Position numbers and translations under genes: made by a program
The notes under the pieces: generated by a model
Database searches by the model: none
Told to the model about the DNA's origin: nothing
What the model saw: the letters and a program-made list of their open reading frames with translations, nothing else
Shown: positions 36,157-48,718 of the stretch, piece by piece
Position numbering within the stretch: the stretch's first letter is position 1
Layout of the letters: every line of letters begins with the position of its first letter
Source: Escherichia coli
GTDB lineage: Bacteria > Pseudomonadota > Gammaproteobacteria > Enterobacterales > Enterobacteriaceae
Length of the DNA stretch: 64,000 nt
Reading direction: 5' to 3' (one strand)
NCBI RefSeq assembly: GCF_044324785.1
Contig: NZ_CP172127.1

Positions 36157-36502
36157 ACTTTCGTTAACGAAGCCGGAAAAATCCTAAATTCATTTATTAT
36201 TTATCTTTTTACCGTTTCGCTTACCCCTGTCGAACGTCAACTTACGTCATTTTTCCGCCCAACAGTAATATAATCAAACAAATTAATCCCGCAACATAAC
36301 ACCAGTAAGATCAATAATTTTCTCTAAGTCACTTATTCCTCAGGCAATTGCTAATACATCCAGAACGTTTCTCAAAATATATTTTTCCACTTTCTTCTCG
36401 TTACGCTTAATTTGACTAATTTTCATTAGTGACTAATTTTAATGAGTGTCGACACACAACACTCATATTAATGAAACAATGCAACGCAACGGGAGAAATA
36501 AC

Positions 36503-36682
36503 ATGGCCGAACATCGTGGTGGTTCAGGAAATTTCGCCGAAGACCGTGAAAAGGCATCCGACGCTGGCCGTAAAGGCGGTCAGCATAGCGGCGGTAATTT
36601 TAAAAATGATCCGCAACGCGCATCCGAAGCGGGTAAAAAAGGCGGTCAACAAAGCGGTGGTAATAAATCAGGAAAATCCTGA
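36503..36682 (+). CDS. yciG: small stress-induced protein YciG with repeated KKGGQ-SGGN motifs
   Basis: ORF 36446..36682 trimmed to MAEHRGGSGNFAEDREKASDAGRKGGQHSGGNFKNDPQRASEAGKKGGQQSGGNKSGKS. Confidence 0.8.
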   Translation: MAEHRGGSGNFAEDREKASDAGRKGGQHSGGNFKNDPQRASEAGKKGGQQSGGNKSGKS

Positions 36683-36767
36683 TTCACCGTTAATTATTAA
36701 TATCAGCTGATAAAGATAATTGCATCTGCGGGCCGTATGGCTCGCAGTGATTTCACTGGAGAAAAAT

Positions 36768-37268
36768 ATGAATATGAAGACCATTGAAGATGTATTTAAT
36801 CACCTGCTTTCAGATACCTACAGCGCAGAAAAACAATTAACCCGGGCACTGGCAAAACTCGCAAGAGCAACATCAAATGAAAAATTAAGTCAGGCTTTTC
36901 ATGCGCACCTCGAGGAAACTCATGGACAGATTGAACGTATTGATCAAGTTGTGGAATCCGAATCGAACCTGAAAATTAAGCGCATGAAATGTGTGGCAAT
37001 GGAAGGTCTCATTGAAGAAGCTAATGAGGTCATCGAAAGCACCGAGAAAAACGAAGTGCGTGATGCCGCACTGATTGCCGCTGCACAGAAAGTCGAGCAC
37101 TATGAGATCGCCAGTTACGGGACATTAGCGACGCTGGCTGAACAATTAGGTTACCGTAAAGCAGCGAAGCTTCTGAAAGAAACTCTTGAAGAAGAAAAGG
37201 CCACCGACATCAAACTGACTGATCTGGCCCTTAATAACGTAAATAAGAAAGCCGAAAATAAAGCCTGA
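36768..37268 (+). CDS. yciF: YciF (DUF892, ferritin-like stress protein)
   Basis: ORF 36720..37268 trimmed to MNMKTIEDVFNHLLSDTYSAEKQL... Confidence 0.85.
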   Translation: MNMKTIEDVFNHLLSDTYSAEKQLTRALAKLARATSNEKLSQAFHAHLEETHGQIERIDQVVESESNLKIKRMKCVAMEGLIEEANEVIESTEKNEVRDAALIAAAQKVEHYEIASYGTLATLAEQLGYRKAAKLLKETLEEEKATDIKLTDLALNNVNKKAENKA

Positions 37269-37313
37269 AATATGAACTTTAACTTTTAGTCATTTTATAA
37301 ATAGGACATTTTC

Positions 37314-37820
37314 ATGAATCGTATTGAACATTATCATGACTGGTTACGTGACGCCCACGCAATGGAAAAGCAAGCCGAATCTATGCTTGAATCCATGGCT
37401 AGTCGTATAGATAATTATCCTGAACTACGCGCTCGTATTGAACAACATCTTAGTGAAACCAAAAACCAGATTGTTCAACTGGAAACTATTCTTGATCGTA
37501 ATGACATTTCACGTTCAGTCATTAAAGATTCCATGAGTAAAATGGCTGCGCTTGGGCAGTCAATCGGTGGTATATTCCCTTCTGATGAAATAGTCAAAGG
37601 CTCTATTAGCGGATATGTCTTCGAGCAATTTGAAATCGCCTGTTACACCTCACTATTAGCAACAGCAAAAAATGCCGGTGATACAGCTTCAATTCCAACC
37701 ATCGAAGCGATTTTAAATGAGGAAAAAGAAATGGCCGACTGGCTGATTCAGCATATTCCGCAAACAACTGAGAAATTTTTAATTCGCTCTGAAACTGATG
37801 GCGTAGAAGCGAAGAAATAA
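37314..37820 (+). CDS. yciE: YciE (DUF892, ferritin-like stress protein)
   Basis: 168-aa ORF, paralogous in appearance to yciF. Confidence 0.85.
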   Translation: MNRIEHYHDWLRDAHAMEKQAESMLESMASRIDNYPELRARIEQHLSETKNQIVQLETILDRNDISRSVIKDSMSKMAALGQSIGGIFPSDEIVKGSISGYVFEQFEIACYTSLLATAKNAGDTASIPTIEAILNEEKEMADWLIQHIPQTTEKFLIRSETDGVEAKK

Positions 37821-37878
37821 TACCCTTTATACCATGTCCTTATTGACCCCGTAATTACGGGGTCATTTTTGTGCGGAA

Positions 37879-38517
37879 TTAAAAACGATATCCTGCTGAG
37901 AACATAAACACCCACGGATCGAGGCGTACGCTATCGTGTTGCTGTGCACCGCCCAGCTTATAACTGGCGGTGGTATCGATATCCATGTACCAGACTGACA
38001 TGTTAACCAACCAGTCACGGTTAATCAGATAATCAACCCCCACCTGCCCGGCTGCTCCCCAGGAGTCTTTCAGACTGAGATCGGAAAGCCCCGCCTCTTT
38101 GCCATGATCGTTAAATCCATTATCAAAGAAGGTGGTGTAGTTAATACCTGCACCAACGTAAGGACGGAATTTGCTGCTGGCATCACCAAAATACCACTGC
38201 GCCATCAGTGTTGGCGGCAGATGATGAACGGTTGCAATATCGCCGGTCGCCCGGGTGCCGATTTTATGGCGGAACGGCGTCGCTGCCAGTAATTCCACAC
38301 CAATGTTGTCGGTCGCCATATAAGTAAACGTCAGGCCCAGTTGAGTGTTATTGGTCACGCTGAATCCACCCAGACTTCCTAACGTACCACCAGCACCTTC
38401 TGTTGGACGTACGGTTGCAGAACCTGCACGCATAAAAAATTCGCCTGCTTCATGCGCAAAGGCACTGCCAGAGAGAAGAGTTGTTACTGCCAAAGCCGCC
38501 ACTGTTAACTTTTTCAT
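37879..38517 (-). CDS. ompW: outer membrane protein W
   Basis: 212-aa ORF with signal peptide MKKLTVAALAVTTLLSGSAFA and C-terminal ...SAGYRF. Confidence 0.92.
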   Translation of the reverse strand: MKKLTVAALAVTTLLSGSAFAHEAGEFFMRAGSATVRPTEGAGGTLGSLGGFSVTNNTQLGLTFTYMATDNIGVELLAATPFRHKIGTRATGDIATVHHLPPTLMAQWYFGDASSKFRPYVGAGINYTTFFDNGFNDHGKEAGLSDLSLKDSWGAAGQVGVDYLINRDWLVNMSVWYMDIDTTASYKLGGAQQHDSVRLDPWVFMFSAGYRF

Positions 38518-38873
38518 ATCCGCTCCGTCGTTATGGTTATAAAAACGTGACGAATATACCTACATTGGAGTAACAAATGATCCTACATAGATCACATTAC
38601 ATATGATAATTCACCCTTTATTGATCTGGATTAATTTAGAAGTTGCATTGAGAATCCTGGTTAATGTGATTTAAATCAATTTTTAAATATTTTCGCTACG
38701 CAAATATTAACTCGCTCGCCACTAGCAGCGGTTTGCCCACGCCTGAAGGCCAGCAATTACCTCCGCTTTACAAAGATATGCTTTTCCATACAAGACCTGA
38801 TGCTGCCACCCGAGGCTTAACCAGGGTACAATTGCCCGCTAATTAACACCTGCATAAAACTCAAGGAGAGTGC

Positions 38874-39617
38874 ATGTCTATCACGGCGCAGTCCGTATAC
38901 CGTGACACCGGAAATTTCTTCCGTAATCAATTTATGACCATTCTGTTGGTATCGTTGCTATGTGCGTTTATCACAGTGGTGTTAGGGCATGTTTTCTCAC
39001 CCAGTGATGCACAGCTTGCGCAGCTCAATGACGGCGTGCCCGTTAGCGGCAGTAGTGGGTTGTTCGACCTGGTTCAGAATATGTCACCTGAACAGCAACA
39101 AATTTTGCTGCAGGCTTCAGCGGCGTCCACTTTTTCAGGATTAATCGGTAACGCCATTCTCGCCGGAGGCGTAATATTAATTATCCAGCTGGTGTCTGCG
39201 GGTCAGAGAGTCAGTGCGCTTCGAGCTATTGGTGCCAGTGCGCCGATATTGCCAAAGTTATTTATTCTCATTTTTCTGACTACCCTTTTAGTACAAATTG
39301 GCATCATGCTGGTCGTCGTTCCGGGAATTATCATGGCCATTTTACTGGCTCTGGCACCGGTGATGTTGGTACAGGACAAAATGGGCATTTTTGCCTCGAT
39401 GCGTAGCAGTATGCGGCTGACATGGGCGAATATGCGTCTGGTGGCACCCGCAGTACTGAGCTGGTTGCTGGCAAAAACACTGTTGCTGCTTTTTGCCTCT
39501 TCTTTTGCCGCATTGACCCCGGAAATTGGTGCCGTACTGGCGAACACTTTGAGCAACCTGATTTCAGCCGTACTGCTCATCTATCTGTTCCGCCTGTATA
39601 TGTTGATTCGCCAATAA
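38874..39617 (+). CDS. yciC: inner-membrane protein YciC (UPF0259)
   Basis: 247-aa polytopic ORF; synteny. Confidence 0.85.
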   Translation: MSITAQSVYRDTGNFFRNQFMTILLVSLLCAFITVVLGHVFSPSDAQLAQLNDGVPVSGSSGLFDLVQNMSPEQQQILLQASAASTFSGLIGNAILAGGVILIIQLVSAGQRVSALRAIGASAPILPKLFILIFLTTLLVQIGIMLVVVPGIIMAILLALAPVMLVQDKMGIFASMRSSMRLTWANMRLVAPAVLSWLLAKTLLLLFASSFAALTPEIGAVLANTLSNLISAVLLIYLFRLYMLIRQ

Positions 39618-39646
39618 CCTTAAGCATTTGATTACGGAATCGTAAA

Positions 39647-40186
39647 ATGAAGCAGTTTCTTGATTTTTTACCGCTGGTTGTCTTTTTCGCGTTTTACAAG
39701 ATTTATGACATCTATGCGGCTACTGCGGCGCTGATCGTCGCCACGGCGATTGTGCTTATCTATAGCTGGGTTCGCTTTCGTAAGGTTGAGAAGATGGCCC
39801 TGATCACTTTTGTTCTGGTGGTCGTCTTCGGTGGCTTGACGCTGTTCTTCCACAATGATGAGTTTATAAAATGGAAGGTTACTGTCATTTATGCCCTGTT
39901 TGCGGGTGCCCTGTTAGTCAGCCAATGGGTGATGAAAAAGCCGCTAATTCAGCGGATGCTGGGTAAAGAACTCACGCTGCCGCAACCGGTATGGTCGAAG
40001 CTGAATCTGGCCTGGGCTGTTTTCTTTATCCTTTGCGGTCTGGCAAACATCTACATCGCATTCTGGCTGCCGCAAAATATTTGGGTCAACTTTAAAGTCT
40101 TTGGCCTGACCGCCCTTACCTTAATCTTCACATTGTTAAGCGGTATCTATATCTACCGCCACATGCCGCAGGAAGATAAATCCTAA
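39647..40186 (+). CDS. yciB: inner-membrane protein YciB (intracellular septation protein A family)
   Basis: 179-aa polytopic ORF; synteny. Confidence 0.85.
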   Translation: MKQFLDFLPLVVFFAFYKIYDIYAATAALIVATAIVLIYSWVRFRKVEKMALITFVLVVVFGGLTLFFHNDEFIKWKVTVIYALFAGALLVSQWVMKKPLIQRMLGKELTLPQPVWSKLNLAWAVFFILCGLANIYIAFWLPQNIWVNFKVFGLTALTLIFTLLSGIYIYRHMPQEDKS

Positions 40187-40290
40187 CCAGACTGCCAGTC
40201 CTTCGGGGCTGGCGCTGTATCTCCTCTGTTCTCCTCAGGAAAATCATAGTAGCATCGCGCCTGTGATTTTCCTTTTAAGTCGGTTTTACC

Positions 40291-40689
40291 ATGTCTACAA
40301 CACATAACGTCCCTCAGGGCGATCTTGTTTTACGTACTTTAGCCATGCCCGCCGATACCAATGCCAATGGTGACATCTTTGGTGGTTGGTTAATGTCACA
40401 AATGGATATTGGCGGCGCTATTCTGGCAAAAGAAATTGCCCACGGTCGCGTAGTGACTGTGCGGGTTGAAGGAATGACTTTCTTACGGCCGGTTGCGGTC
40501 GGCGATGTGGTGTGCTGCTATGCACGCTGTGTCCAGAAAGGGACGACATCGGTCAGCATTAATATTGAAGTGTGGGTGAAAAAAGTCGCGTCTGAACCCA
40601 TCGGGCAACGTTATAAAGCGACAGAAGCATTATTTAAGTATGTCGCGGTTGATCCTGAAGGAAAACCTCGCGCCTTACCTGTTGAGTAA
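40291..40689 (+). CDS. yciA: acyl-CoA thioesterase YciA (hotdog fold)
   Basis: 132-aa ORF MSTTHNVPQGDLVLRTLAMPADTNANGDIFGGWLMSQMD... Confidence 0.9.
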   Translation: MSTTHNVPQGDLVLRTLAMPADTNANGDIFGGWLMSQMDIGGAILAKEIAHGRVVTVRVEGMTFLRPVAVGDVVCCYARCVQKGTTSVSINIEVWVKKVASEPIGQRYKATEALFKYVAVDPEGKPRALPVE

Positions 40690-40690
40690 T

Positions 40691-40722
40691 AGTCAAAAGC
40701 CTCCGGTCGGAGGCTTTTGACT
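40691..40722. terminator. bidirectional terminator between convergent yciA and tonB
   Basis: Near-perfect palindrome agtcaaaagcctccg-g-tcggaggcttttgact. Confidence 0.85.
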
Positions 40723-40728
40723 TTCTGC

Positions 40729-41445
40729 TTACTGAATTTCGGTGGTGCCGTTAATTTTAAACAGGATATTCACCACAATCCCACTGCCTGGCTTACCCGG
40801 CTCATAACGCCATCTGCGCATCGCATTTTTCACCTCACGCTCAAACATGTTCGCAGGCTTGGCTGAGAGGATTTGCACGTTATCCACGCGACCATCCGGC
40901 GTGACATCAAATTTAACTTTAACCTGCCCTTCAATGCGCAATGCCTGTGCTCGTGCCGGATACTGCGGCTGATTGCGGCTTAATGCGCGTGGTCCTGAAG
41001 CCACACTTGTAACCGGCTTGCTGGTTGCAGCCGTCGCCGTACTTGATGTCGGGCGCGCGGGTGCCGTATTTTCAAACGGTGATGCCGGACGCGACTCTAC
41101 GGGTTTGACATCGCGTTTTGGCTGCTCCTGTACCTTTTTCACCGGCTTCGGTTTTGGCTTAGGTTTCGGCTTCGGCTTTTCAATGACCACCGGTGCTTCT
41201 TTTGGCGGTTCGGGGATCGGCTCAGGTTCCGGTTCTGGCTCTACCACCGGCTCCGGTGGCGGCTGAACGGCTTGTGGCGGTTCGAGATCCGCAGGCGCAA
41301 CCATCGTGACAGAAATTGGCTGCGCAGGCGCAGGTAGTTCAATAACCTGATGTACCGAGGTATAGAGCAGACCCGCCACAACAGCACCATGAATGCAGAC
41401 CGAAAGTAACGTCGGCCAGGGGAAGCGGCGAGGTAAATCAAGGGT
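40729..41445 (-). CDS. tonB: TonB energy transducer, with (EP)n/(KP)n proline-rich spacer
   Basis: ORF 40729..41499 trimmed to [29 protein letters not shown]...; [15 protein letters not shown] and [12 protein letters not shown] repeats. Confidence 0.95.
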   Translation of the reverse strand, partial: TLDLPRRFPWPTLLSVCIHGAVVAGLLYTSVHQVIELPAPAQPISVTMVAPADLEPPQAVQPPPEPVVEPEPEPEPIPEPPKEAPVVIEKPKPKPKPKPKPVKKVQEQPKRDVKPVESRPASPFENTAPARPTSSTATAATSKPVTSVASGPRALSRNQPQYPARAQALRIEGQVKVKFDVTPDGRVDNVQILSAKPANMFEREVKNAMRRWRYEPGKPGSGIVVNILFKINGTTEIQ

Positions 41446-41485
41446 CATTGAAGTCATAATCATTTCAGTAGAAAAACCAGGCCTT

Positions 41486-41515
41486 GATTTTAAATGCAAA
41501 TAGCAATCATATTCA
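41486..41515 (-). promoter_or_regulatory. tonB promoter region with Fur-box-like AT-rich repeat
   Basis: Minus-strand tgaatatgattgctatttgcatttaaaatc 40-70 nt upstream of the tonB ATG; resembles the GATAATGATAATCATTATC Fur consensus. Confidence 0.55.
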
Positions 41516-41671
41516 ATAAGGCAAGACGATCAGGATCAGTGAAAATGTCATTTTTGGCGTTATTGACCTTACTTTTTAAATGGTCTTAACAAAGACATCA
41601 TCTTTCCGTTGCAGATCTTCGCCCTTTCAAATAACGTACTTTACAACTTTCCCGAACAAGGAGTTGTGCCC

Positions 41672-41968
41672 GTGTTGTATGTTATTTACGCTCAAGACAA
41701 AGCTGATAGCCTCGAAAAACGCCTTTCCGTTCGTCCGGCACATTTAGCACGTTTACAGTTACTGCATGGTGAAGGTCGATTGTTGACCGCCGGTCCAATG
41801 CCAGCAGTAGACAGTAACGATCCAGGGGCTGCGGGATTTACTGGCTCAACCGTTATTGCTGAATTTGAATCGCTGGAAGCAGCTCAGGCCTGGGCCGATG
41901 CTGACCCGTACGTAGCGGCAGGGGTCTATGAACACGTTTCAGTGAAACCATTTAAGAAAGTGTTCTGA
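41672..41968 (+). CDS. yciI: YciI-family protein
   Basis: ORF 41609..41968 trimmed to a GTG start giving (M)[27 protein letters not shown]... Confidence 0.8.
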   Translation: MLYVIYAQDKADSLEKRLSVRPAHLARLQLLHGEGRLLTAGPMPAVDSNDPGAAGFTGSTVIAEFESLEAAQAWADADPYVAAGVYEHVSVKPFKKVF

Positions 41969-42268
41969 ATAGAGATTCAATATTTAAGGGCACGGTTTTT
42001 GCAACCGTGTTCTTGTTTGGCCTTTCCTTATAGGTCGGTCAGTGCATTCACCCCCACAAGCAGATAATAACTTTATCTGTATTTCTTTATATGATGTGAG
42101 CATATTCAGGAAAAATGCCCTTTCCTGACGCAGAGTTGCTCACTCAAAACCTTTGATTACTGCGGATAAAGTCATCTACTATTGTTTAACACATTCACGC
42201 GCTGCATGTATGTTCAGAAAATGTGCACGCTAAGATAATTAAACAAAATTGTGGTTACAGAGGTATCA

Positions 42269-43522
42269 GTGAGTCACTGGGCTACATTCAAACAAACAGC
42301 AACTAATTTATGGGTGACCCTACGGCACGACATTCTCGCGCTGGCCGTCTTTTTAAATGGATTGCTTATTTTTAAAACAATCTATGGTATGTCGGTCAAT
42401 TTGCTAGATATTTTCCATATCAAAGCATTTTCAGAGTTGGATCTCTCCTTGCTGGCAAACGCCCCACTATTTATGCTCGGCGTCTTTCTTGTCCTGAACT
42501 CCATTGGCTTACTGTTCCGGGCAAAGCTCGCATGGGCAATCAGTATCATTTTGTTGTTGATAGCGCTAATTTACACCCTGCATTTTTATCCCTGGCTGAA
42601 ATTTAGTATTGGATTTTGCATTTTTACGCTGGTGTTTTTGCTGATACTGCGCAAAGACTTCTCCCACAGTAGCGCCGCAGCCGGGACAATTTTCGCATTT
42701 ATTAGTTTCACGACGTTACTGTTTTACTCCACCTACGGTGCGCTTTATTTAAGCGAAGGTTTTAATCCGCGAATAGAAAGTTTGATGACCGCGTTCTATT
42801 TTTCGATAGAAACCATGTCAACCGTCGGCTATGGCGATATTGTCCCTGTTTCTGAATCAGCACGATTGTTCACTATTTCGGTCATTATTTCCGGCATTAC
42901 CGTTTTTGCCACCTCTATGACCTCAATTTTTGGTCCGCTTATCCGCGGGGGATTCAACAAACTTGTAAAAGGAAACAATCATACAATGCATCGTAAAGAT
43001 CATTTTATTGTTTGCGGACATTCGATTCTCGCCATCAATACGATCCTGCAACTGAATCAACGCGGACAAAACGTAACGGTTATCAGCAACTTGCCTGAAG
43101 ATGATATCAAGCAACTTGAGCAACGCTTAGGCGATAACGCTGATGTTATCCCCGGTGACAGTAATGACAGTTCAGTATTAAAGAAAGCGGGAATCGATCG
43201 ATGCCGGGCCATTCTGGCGCTGAGTGATAACGATGCAGATAACGCGTTTGTTGTACTCTCGGCAAAAGATATGAGCAGTGATGTCAAAACAGTTCTCGCC
43301 GTCAGTGATAGCAAAAACCTGAATAAGATTAAGATGGTACATCCGGATATCATTCTCTCGCCGCAACTGTTTGGCAGCGAAATTCTGGCGCGAGTTTTAA
43401 ATGGTGAAGAGATTAATAATGATATGCTCGTTTCAATGTTGTTGAACTCCGGTCATGGCATTTTCAGCGATAACGATGAACAAGAAACGAAAGCTGACAG
43501 TAAAGAATCGGCGCAAAAATAG
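42269..43522 (+). CDS. kch: voltage-gated potassium channel Kch (TVGYGD selectivity filter, RCK/TrkA domain)
   Basis: ORF 42251..43522 trimmed to GTG start at VSHWATFKQ; selectivity filter TVGYGD present. Confidence 0.85.
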   Translation: MSHWATFKQTATNLWVTLRHDILALAVFLNGLLIFKTIYGMSVNLLDIFHIKAFSELDLSLLANAPLFMLGVFLVLNSIGLLFRAKLAWAISIILLLIALIYTLHFYPWLKFSIGFCIFTLVFLLILRKDFSHSSAAAGTIFAFISFTTLLFYSTYGALYLSEGFNPRIESLMTAFYFSIETMSTVGYGDIVPVSESARLFTISVIISGITVFATSMTSIFGPLIRGGFNKLVKGNNHTMHRKDHFIVCGHSILAINTILQLNQRGQNVTVISNLPEDDIKQLEQRLGDNADVIPGDSNDSSVLKKAGIDRCRAILALSDNDADNAFVVLSAKDMSSDVKTVLAVSDSKNLNKIKMVHPDIILSPQLFGSEILARVLNGEEINNDMLVSMLLNSGHGIFSDNDEQETKADSKESAQK

Positions 43523-43892
43523 AGTTTAAAGACGGAAGAGTAAACTTATTGGGCACCGCAATGGTGCCCAGTACATTTAGATATTGTAGATCGCAAACAA
43601 TAACGAGTTACGCTGTTTGTTTAGAATGCACTTCCTGATGCTGTGGATACGCATATTTCGGCGCGATTGCCCCTCAAGCCAACGCGATTTACGTCGGCTA
43701 GCCTGACGCTGCATGCGCCAGCGCCCCACTTCCGTTCTACTCCGCTTCATGTTAACTACTCTATGCAATAACAGAATGGTCATTATACCCCCGCCCCCGA
43801 CGCTGACCAGTGCTTTTCCCGCGTTTTTATTTGCCAGATGAATCCATATGCGTAAACTCATAACAATGCGCTTTCAAAAGGATTTCTAATCT

Positions 43893-45717
<1,825 letters not shown>

Positions 45718-45769
45718 ATAATCACTTTCGGCGTGAAAAAGGGCTGACAACTGTCAGCCCTTATTGTGT

Positions 45770-46774
45770 TTAAAGCGGATCGACTTTCAGGCAAGAAACG
45801 GCGTGTCTGAAACTCCCCTCCAGCACAGGACGTGTTTTGGCACACTCCGGACCGGCAATCGGGCAACGGGTACGGAAAACACAACCGGAAGGCGGGTTGA
45901 TCGGCGACGGTAATTCCCCTTCCAGTAACTGGATGGTTTTGTTCTTCTCCAGATCCGGATCAGGTATGGGGACTGCCGACATCAATGCCCTGGTGTAAGG
46001 ATGTAGCGGATTGTGATAGACCTCATCATAGGTCCCCAGTTCTACCGCATGGCCGAGATACATCACTAACACACGATCGGAAATGTGTTTTACCACGGCC
46101 AGGTCGTGAGCGATAAAAATTAATGACAATCCCATCTCGCGTTGCAGCTGCTGGAGCAGGTTGACCACCTGCGCCTGAATTGACACGTCCAGCGCCGACA
46201 CCGGCTCATCACAGATAATCAGCTTCGGTTCAAGAATAAGAGCACGAGCAATCCCGATACGCTGGCACTGCCCACCGGAAAACTCATGCGGATAGCGGTT
46301 AATCAGGTTAGGCAATAACCCGACTTTCAGCATCATCGCCTTCACGCGCTCGCGAACTTCCTGGCGTGACATTTTCGGATGATAGGTACGCAGTGGTTCA
46401 GCGATGATCTCGCCGATGGTCATACGCGGGTTAAGCGATGCCAATGGATCCTGGAAAATCATCTGAATATCACTGCGAACGGCACGCCATTCATCGGGCT
46501 TCATGCCCAGCAACTCTTTACCTAACCAGGCAACATGACCGTCGGTCGCTTTAACCAGGCCAATGATGGCGCGAGCAAAGGTGGACTTACCGCATCCCGA
46601 CTCCCCTACCACACCTAATGTTTCCCCTTCATACAGGCGAAGAGTTACACCATCTACGGCTTTGAGCGTTTTCGGCGGTTGCCAGAACCACTGTTTGCCA
46701 TCTTTGATTTCAAAATGCACTTTCAGATCGGCGATTTCGAGGAGGACTTTTCTTCCTTCGGTTACAGCATTCAT
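45770..46774 (-). CDS. oppF: oligopeptide ABC transporter ATPase OppF
   Basis: 334-aa ORF with Walker A GESGCGKST and ABC signature. Confidence 0.95.
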   Translation of the reverse strand: MNAVTEGRKVLLEIADLKVHFEIKDGKQWFWQPPKTLKAVDGVTLRLYEGETLGVVGESGCGKSTFARAIIGLVKATDGHVAWLGKELLGMKPDEWRAVRSDIQMIFQDPLASLNPRMTIGEIIAEPLRTYHPKMSRQEVRERVKAMMLKVGLLPNLINRYPHEFSGGQCQRIGIARALILEPKLIICDEPVSALDVSIQAQVVNLLQQLQREMGLSLIFIAHDLAVVKHISDRVLVMYLGHAVELGTYDEVYHNPLHPYTRALMSAVPIPDPDLEKNKTIQLLEGELPSPINPPSGCVFRTRCPIAGPECAKTRPVLEGSFRHAVSCLKVDPL

Positions 46775-47784
46775 AACAGTTCCTCCACCGGTTTAAAGCA
46801 AGCACGCAGACGGCCAGGCGTAAACTCTTCCAGCGGCGGTGCGCTACTACAAATTTCCATCGCATGCGGACAACGTGGCTGGAACGGGCAACCTTTCGGT
46901 AATCGCAACAGGTTTGGCGGATTACCCGGGATGGTCAACATTGTTTCACCTTCCGCATCGAGACGCGGCACCGCGTTGAGTAAACCGATAGAATAAGGAT
47001 GAACGGGTTGATAAAAGACATCGCGCGCGTTGCCATATTCCATCGTGCGCCCGGCGTACATTACCAGCACTTTGTCGCAGATACCCGCCACCACGCCAAG
47101 ATCGTGGGTGATCATAATGATGGCGGTATTAAATTCCCGCTTCAGTTCATTTAATAGCGTCATGATCTGCGCCTGTACGGTGACGTCCAGCGCAGTAGTG
47201 GGTTCATCCGCAATCAGCAGCTTAGGTCGACATAGCAATGCCATCGCAATCATGACTCGCTGACGCATGCCACCAGAAAATTCGTGCGGGTACATTTTCA
47301 TGCGTTTACGCGCTTCCGGCATTTTTACCGCATCGAGCATCCGCACCGACTCTTCAAACGCCTCAGCTTTGCTCATGTTCTTATGTAGCATCAGCACTTC
47401 CATCAACTGCTCACCGACACGCATATAGGGATTCAACGAAGTCATTGGGTCCTGAAAAATCATTGAGATTTGTTCAGCGCGCAGTTTATTGAGTTCACGC
47501 TCTGGCAAATTGAGGATTTCACGCCCATTGAAGGTTGCCGATCCGCCAATACGTCCGTTGGCAGCCAACAGGCCCATCAACGCAAATGCAGTTTGCGATT
47601 TACCCGAACCAGACTCACCTACAATGCCCAGCGTTTCTCCGGCACGTAGGGAAAAATTTAAATCATTGACCGCCGTGACGTCGCCGTCCGGGGTACTAAA
47701 GGTGACACGCAAATCTTTCACGTTCAGCAGTGCGTCAGCCTGTTGTTGTGCGAGCGGCACAGTTGCAGTTTCAATTACGCTCAT
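46771..47784 (-). CDS. oppD: oligopeptide ABC transporter ATPase OppD
   Basis: 337-aa ORF with Walker A GESGSGKSQ; start overlaps oppF by 4 nt. Confidence 0.95.
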   Translation of the reverse strand: MSVIETATVPLAQQQADALLNVKDLRVTFSTPDGDVTAVNDLNFSLRAGETLGIVGESGSGKSQTAFALMGLLAANGRIGGSATFNGREILNLPERELNKLRAEQISMIFQDPMTSLNPYMRVGEQLMEVLMLHKNMSKAEAFEESVRMLDAVKMPEARKRMKMYPHEFSGGMRQRVMIAMALLCRPKLLIADEPTTALDVTVQAQIMTLLNELKREFNTAIIMITHDLGVVAGICDKVLVMYAGRTMEYGNARDVFYQPVHPYSIGLLNAVPRLDAEGETMLTIPGNPPNLLRLPKGCPFQPRCPHAMEICSSAPPLEEFTPGRLRACFKPVEELL

Positions 47785-47795
47785 GGCTGCACTCC

Positions 47796-48704
47796 TTAAC
47801 GATCTTTCGGGTCGAGGGCATCACGCAAGCCATCGCCGATAAAGTTGAAACAAAACAGTGTCACCACGAGGAATCCCGCTGGGAACAACAATAACCATGG
47901 AGAGACTTCCATCGAGTTCGCGCCATCACTCAGCAATGCACCCCAGCTGCTTAACGGCTCTTGCGTACCCAACCCCAGGAAGCTAAGGAAAGATTCAAAG
48001 AGGATCATGCTGGGCACCAGAAGTGATGCGTAGACCACCACCACACCGAGTACATTCGGCACAATGTGGCGAATAACAATGCCCGACGTCGATACACCGC
48101 CAACTTGTGCCGCCTCAATAAACTCTTTGCGCTTCAGACTCAGGGTTTGCCCACGCACAATACGAGCCATATCCAGCCAGGAAACCATGCCAATCGCCAC
48201 GAAAATCAGCAGGATGTTTTGACCGAAAAAGGTCACCAGCAAAATGACGAAGAACATGAATGGGAAGGAGTTGAGGATTTCCAGCAGACGCATCATTACC
48301 GAATCCACTTTACCGCCCAGATAACCGGAAAGCGAACCATAAAGTGTCCCCACGACCACTGCCACCAGTGCCGCAGCAACACCGACCATGAGTGAGATAC
48401 GCCCGCCAATCGCAACACGCACAAGCAGGTCGCGACCGGATGAGTCAGTACCAAAGTAGTGACCGGACTCCATATCCGGGGCGCTGGACATCATCGCCCA
48501 GTCAGTATCGTCATAGGCAAACTGCGAAAGCATCGGTGCCAGGATTACAAATAACGCGATTAGCACCAGCACTATCAGACTGGCAACCGCCGCACGGTTA
48601 TGCATAAAACGTCGACGTGCGTCCTGCCACAAGCTGCGCCCTTCGACCTCCAGCTTTTCACTGAAATTTTCCAGCGTCTCGCTGTTTTTCTTACTTAACA
48701 TCAT
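47796..48704 (-). CDS. oppC: oligopeptide ABC transporter permease OppC
   Basis: 302-aa polytopic permease ORF; synteny. Confidence 0.95.
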   Translation of the reverse strand: MMLSKKNSETLENFSEKLEVEGRSLWQDARRRFMHNRAAVASLIVLVLIALFVILAPMLSQFAYDDTDWAMMSSAPDMESGHYFGTDSSGRDLLVRVAIGGRISLMVGVAAALVAVVVGTLYGSLSGYLGGKVDSVMMRLLEILNSFPFMFFVILLVTFFGQNILLIFVAIGMVSWLDMARIVRGQTLSLKRKEFIEAAQVGGVSTSGIVIRHIVPNVLGVVVVYASLLVPSMILFESFLSFLGLGTQEPLSSWGALLSDGANSMEVSPWLLLFPAGFLVVTLFCFNFIGDGLRDALDPKDR

Positions 48705-48718
48705 CGCGAGCTCCAGTA

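Noticed and set aside
40973-41266. 97-aa Gly/Ser-rich ORF antisense to tonB
   Set aside because: It is the complement-strand mirror of the tonB (EP)n/(KP)n proline-rich repeat, giving a Gly-rich artefact; not a gene.
43577-43861. 94-aa minus-strand ORF in the kch-clsA intergenic region
   Set aside because: Arg-rich low-complexity translation, no convincing SD, lies in the clsA promoter region; most likely spurious.
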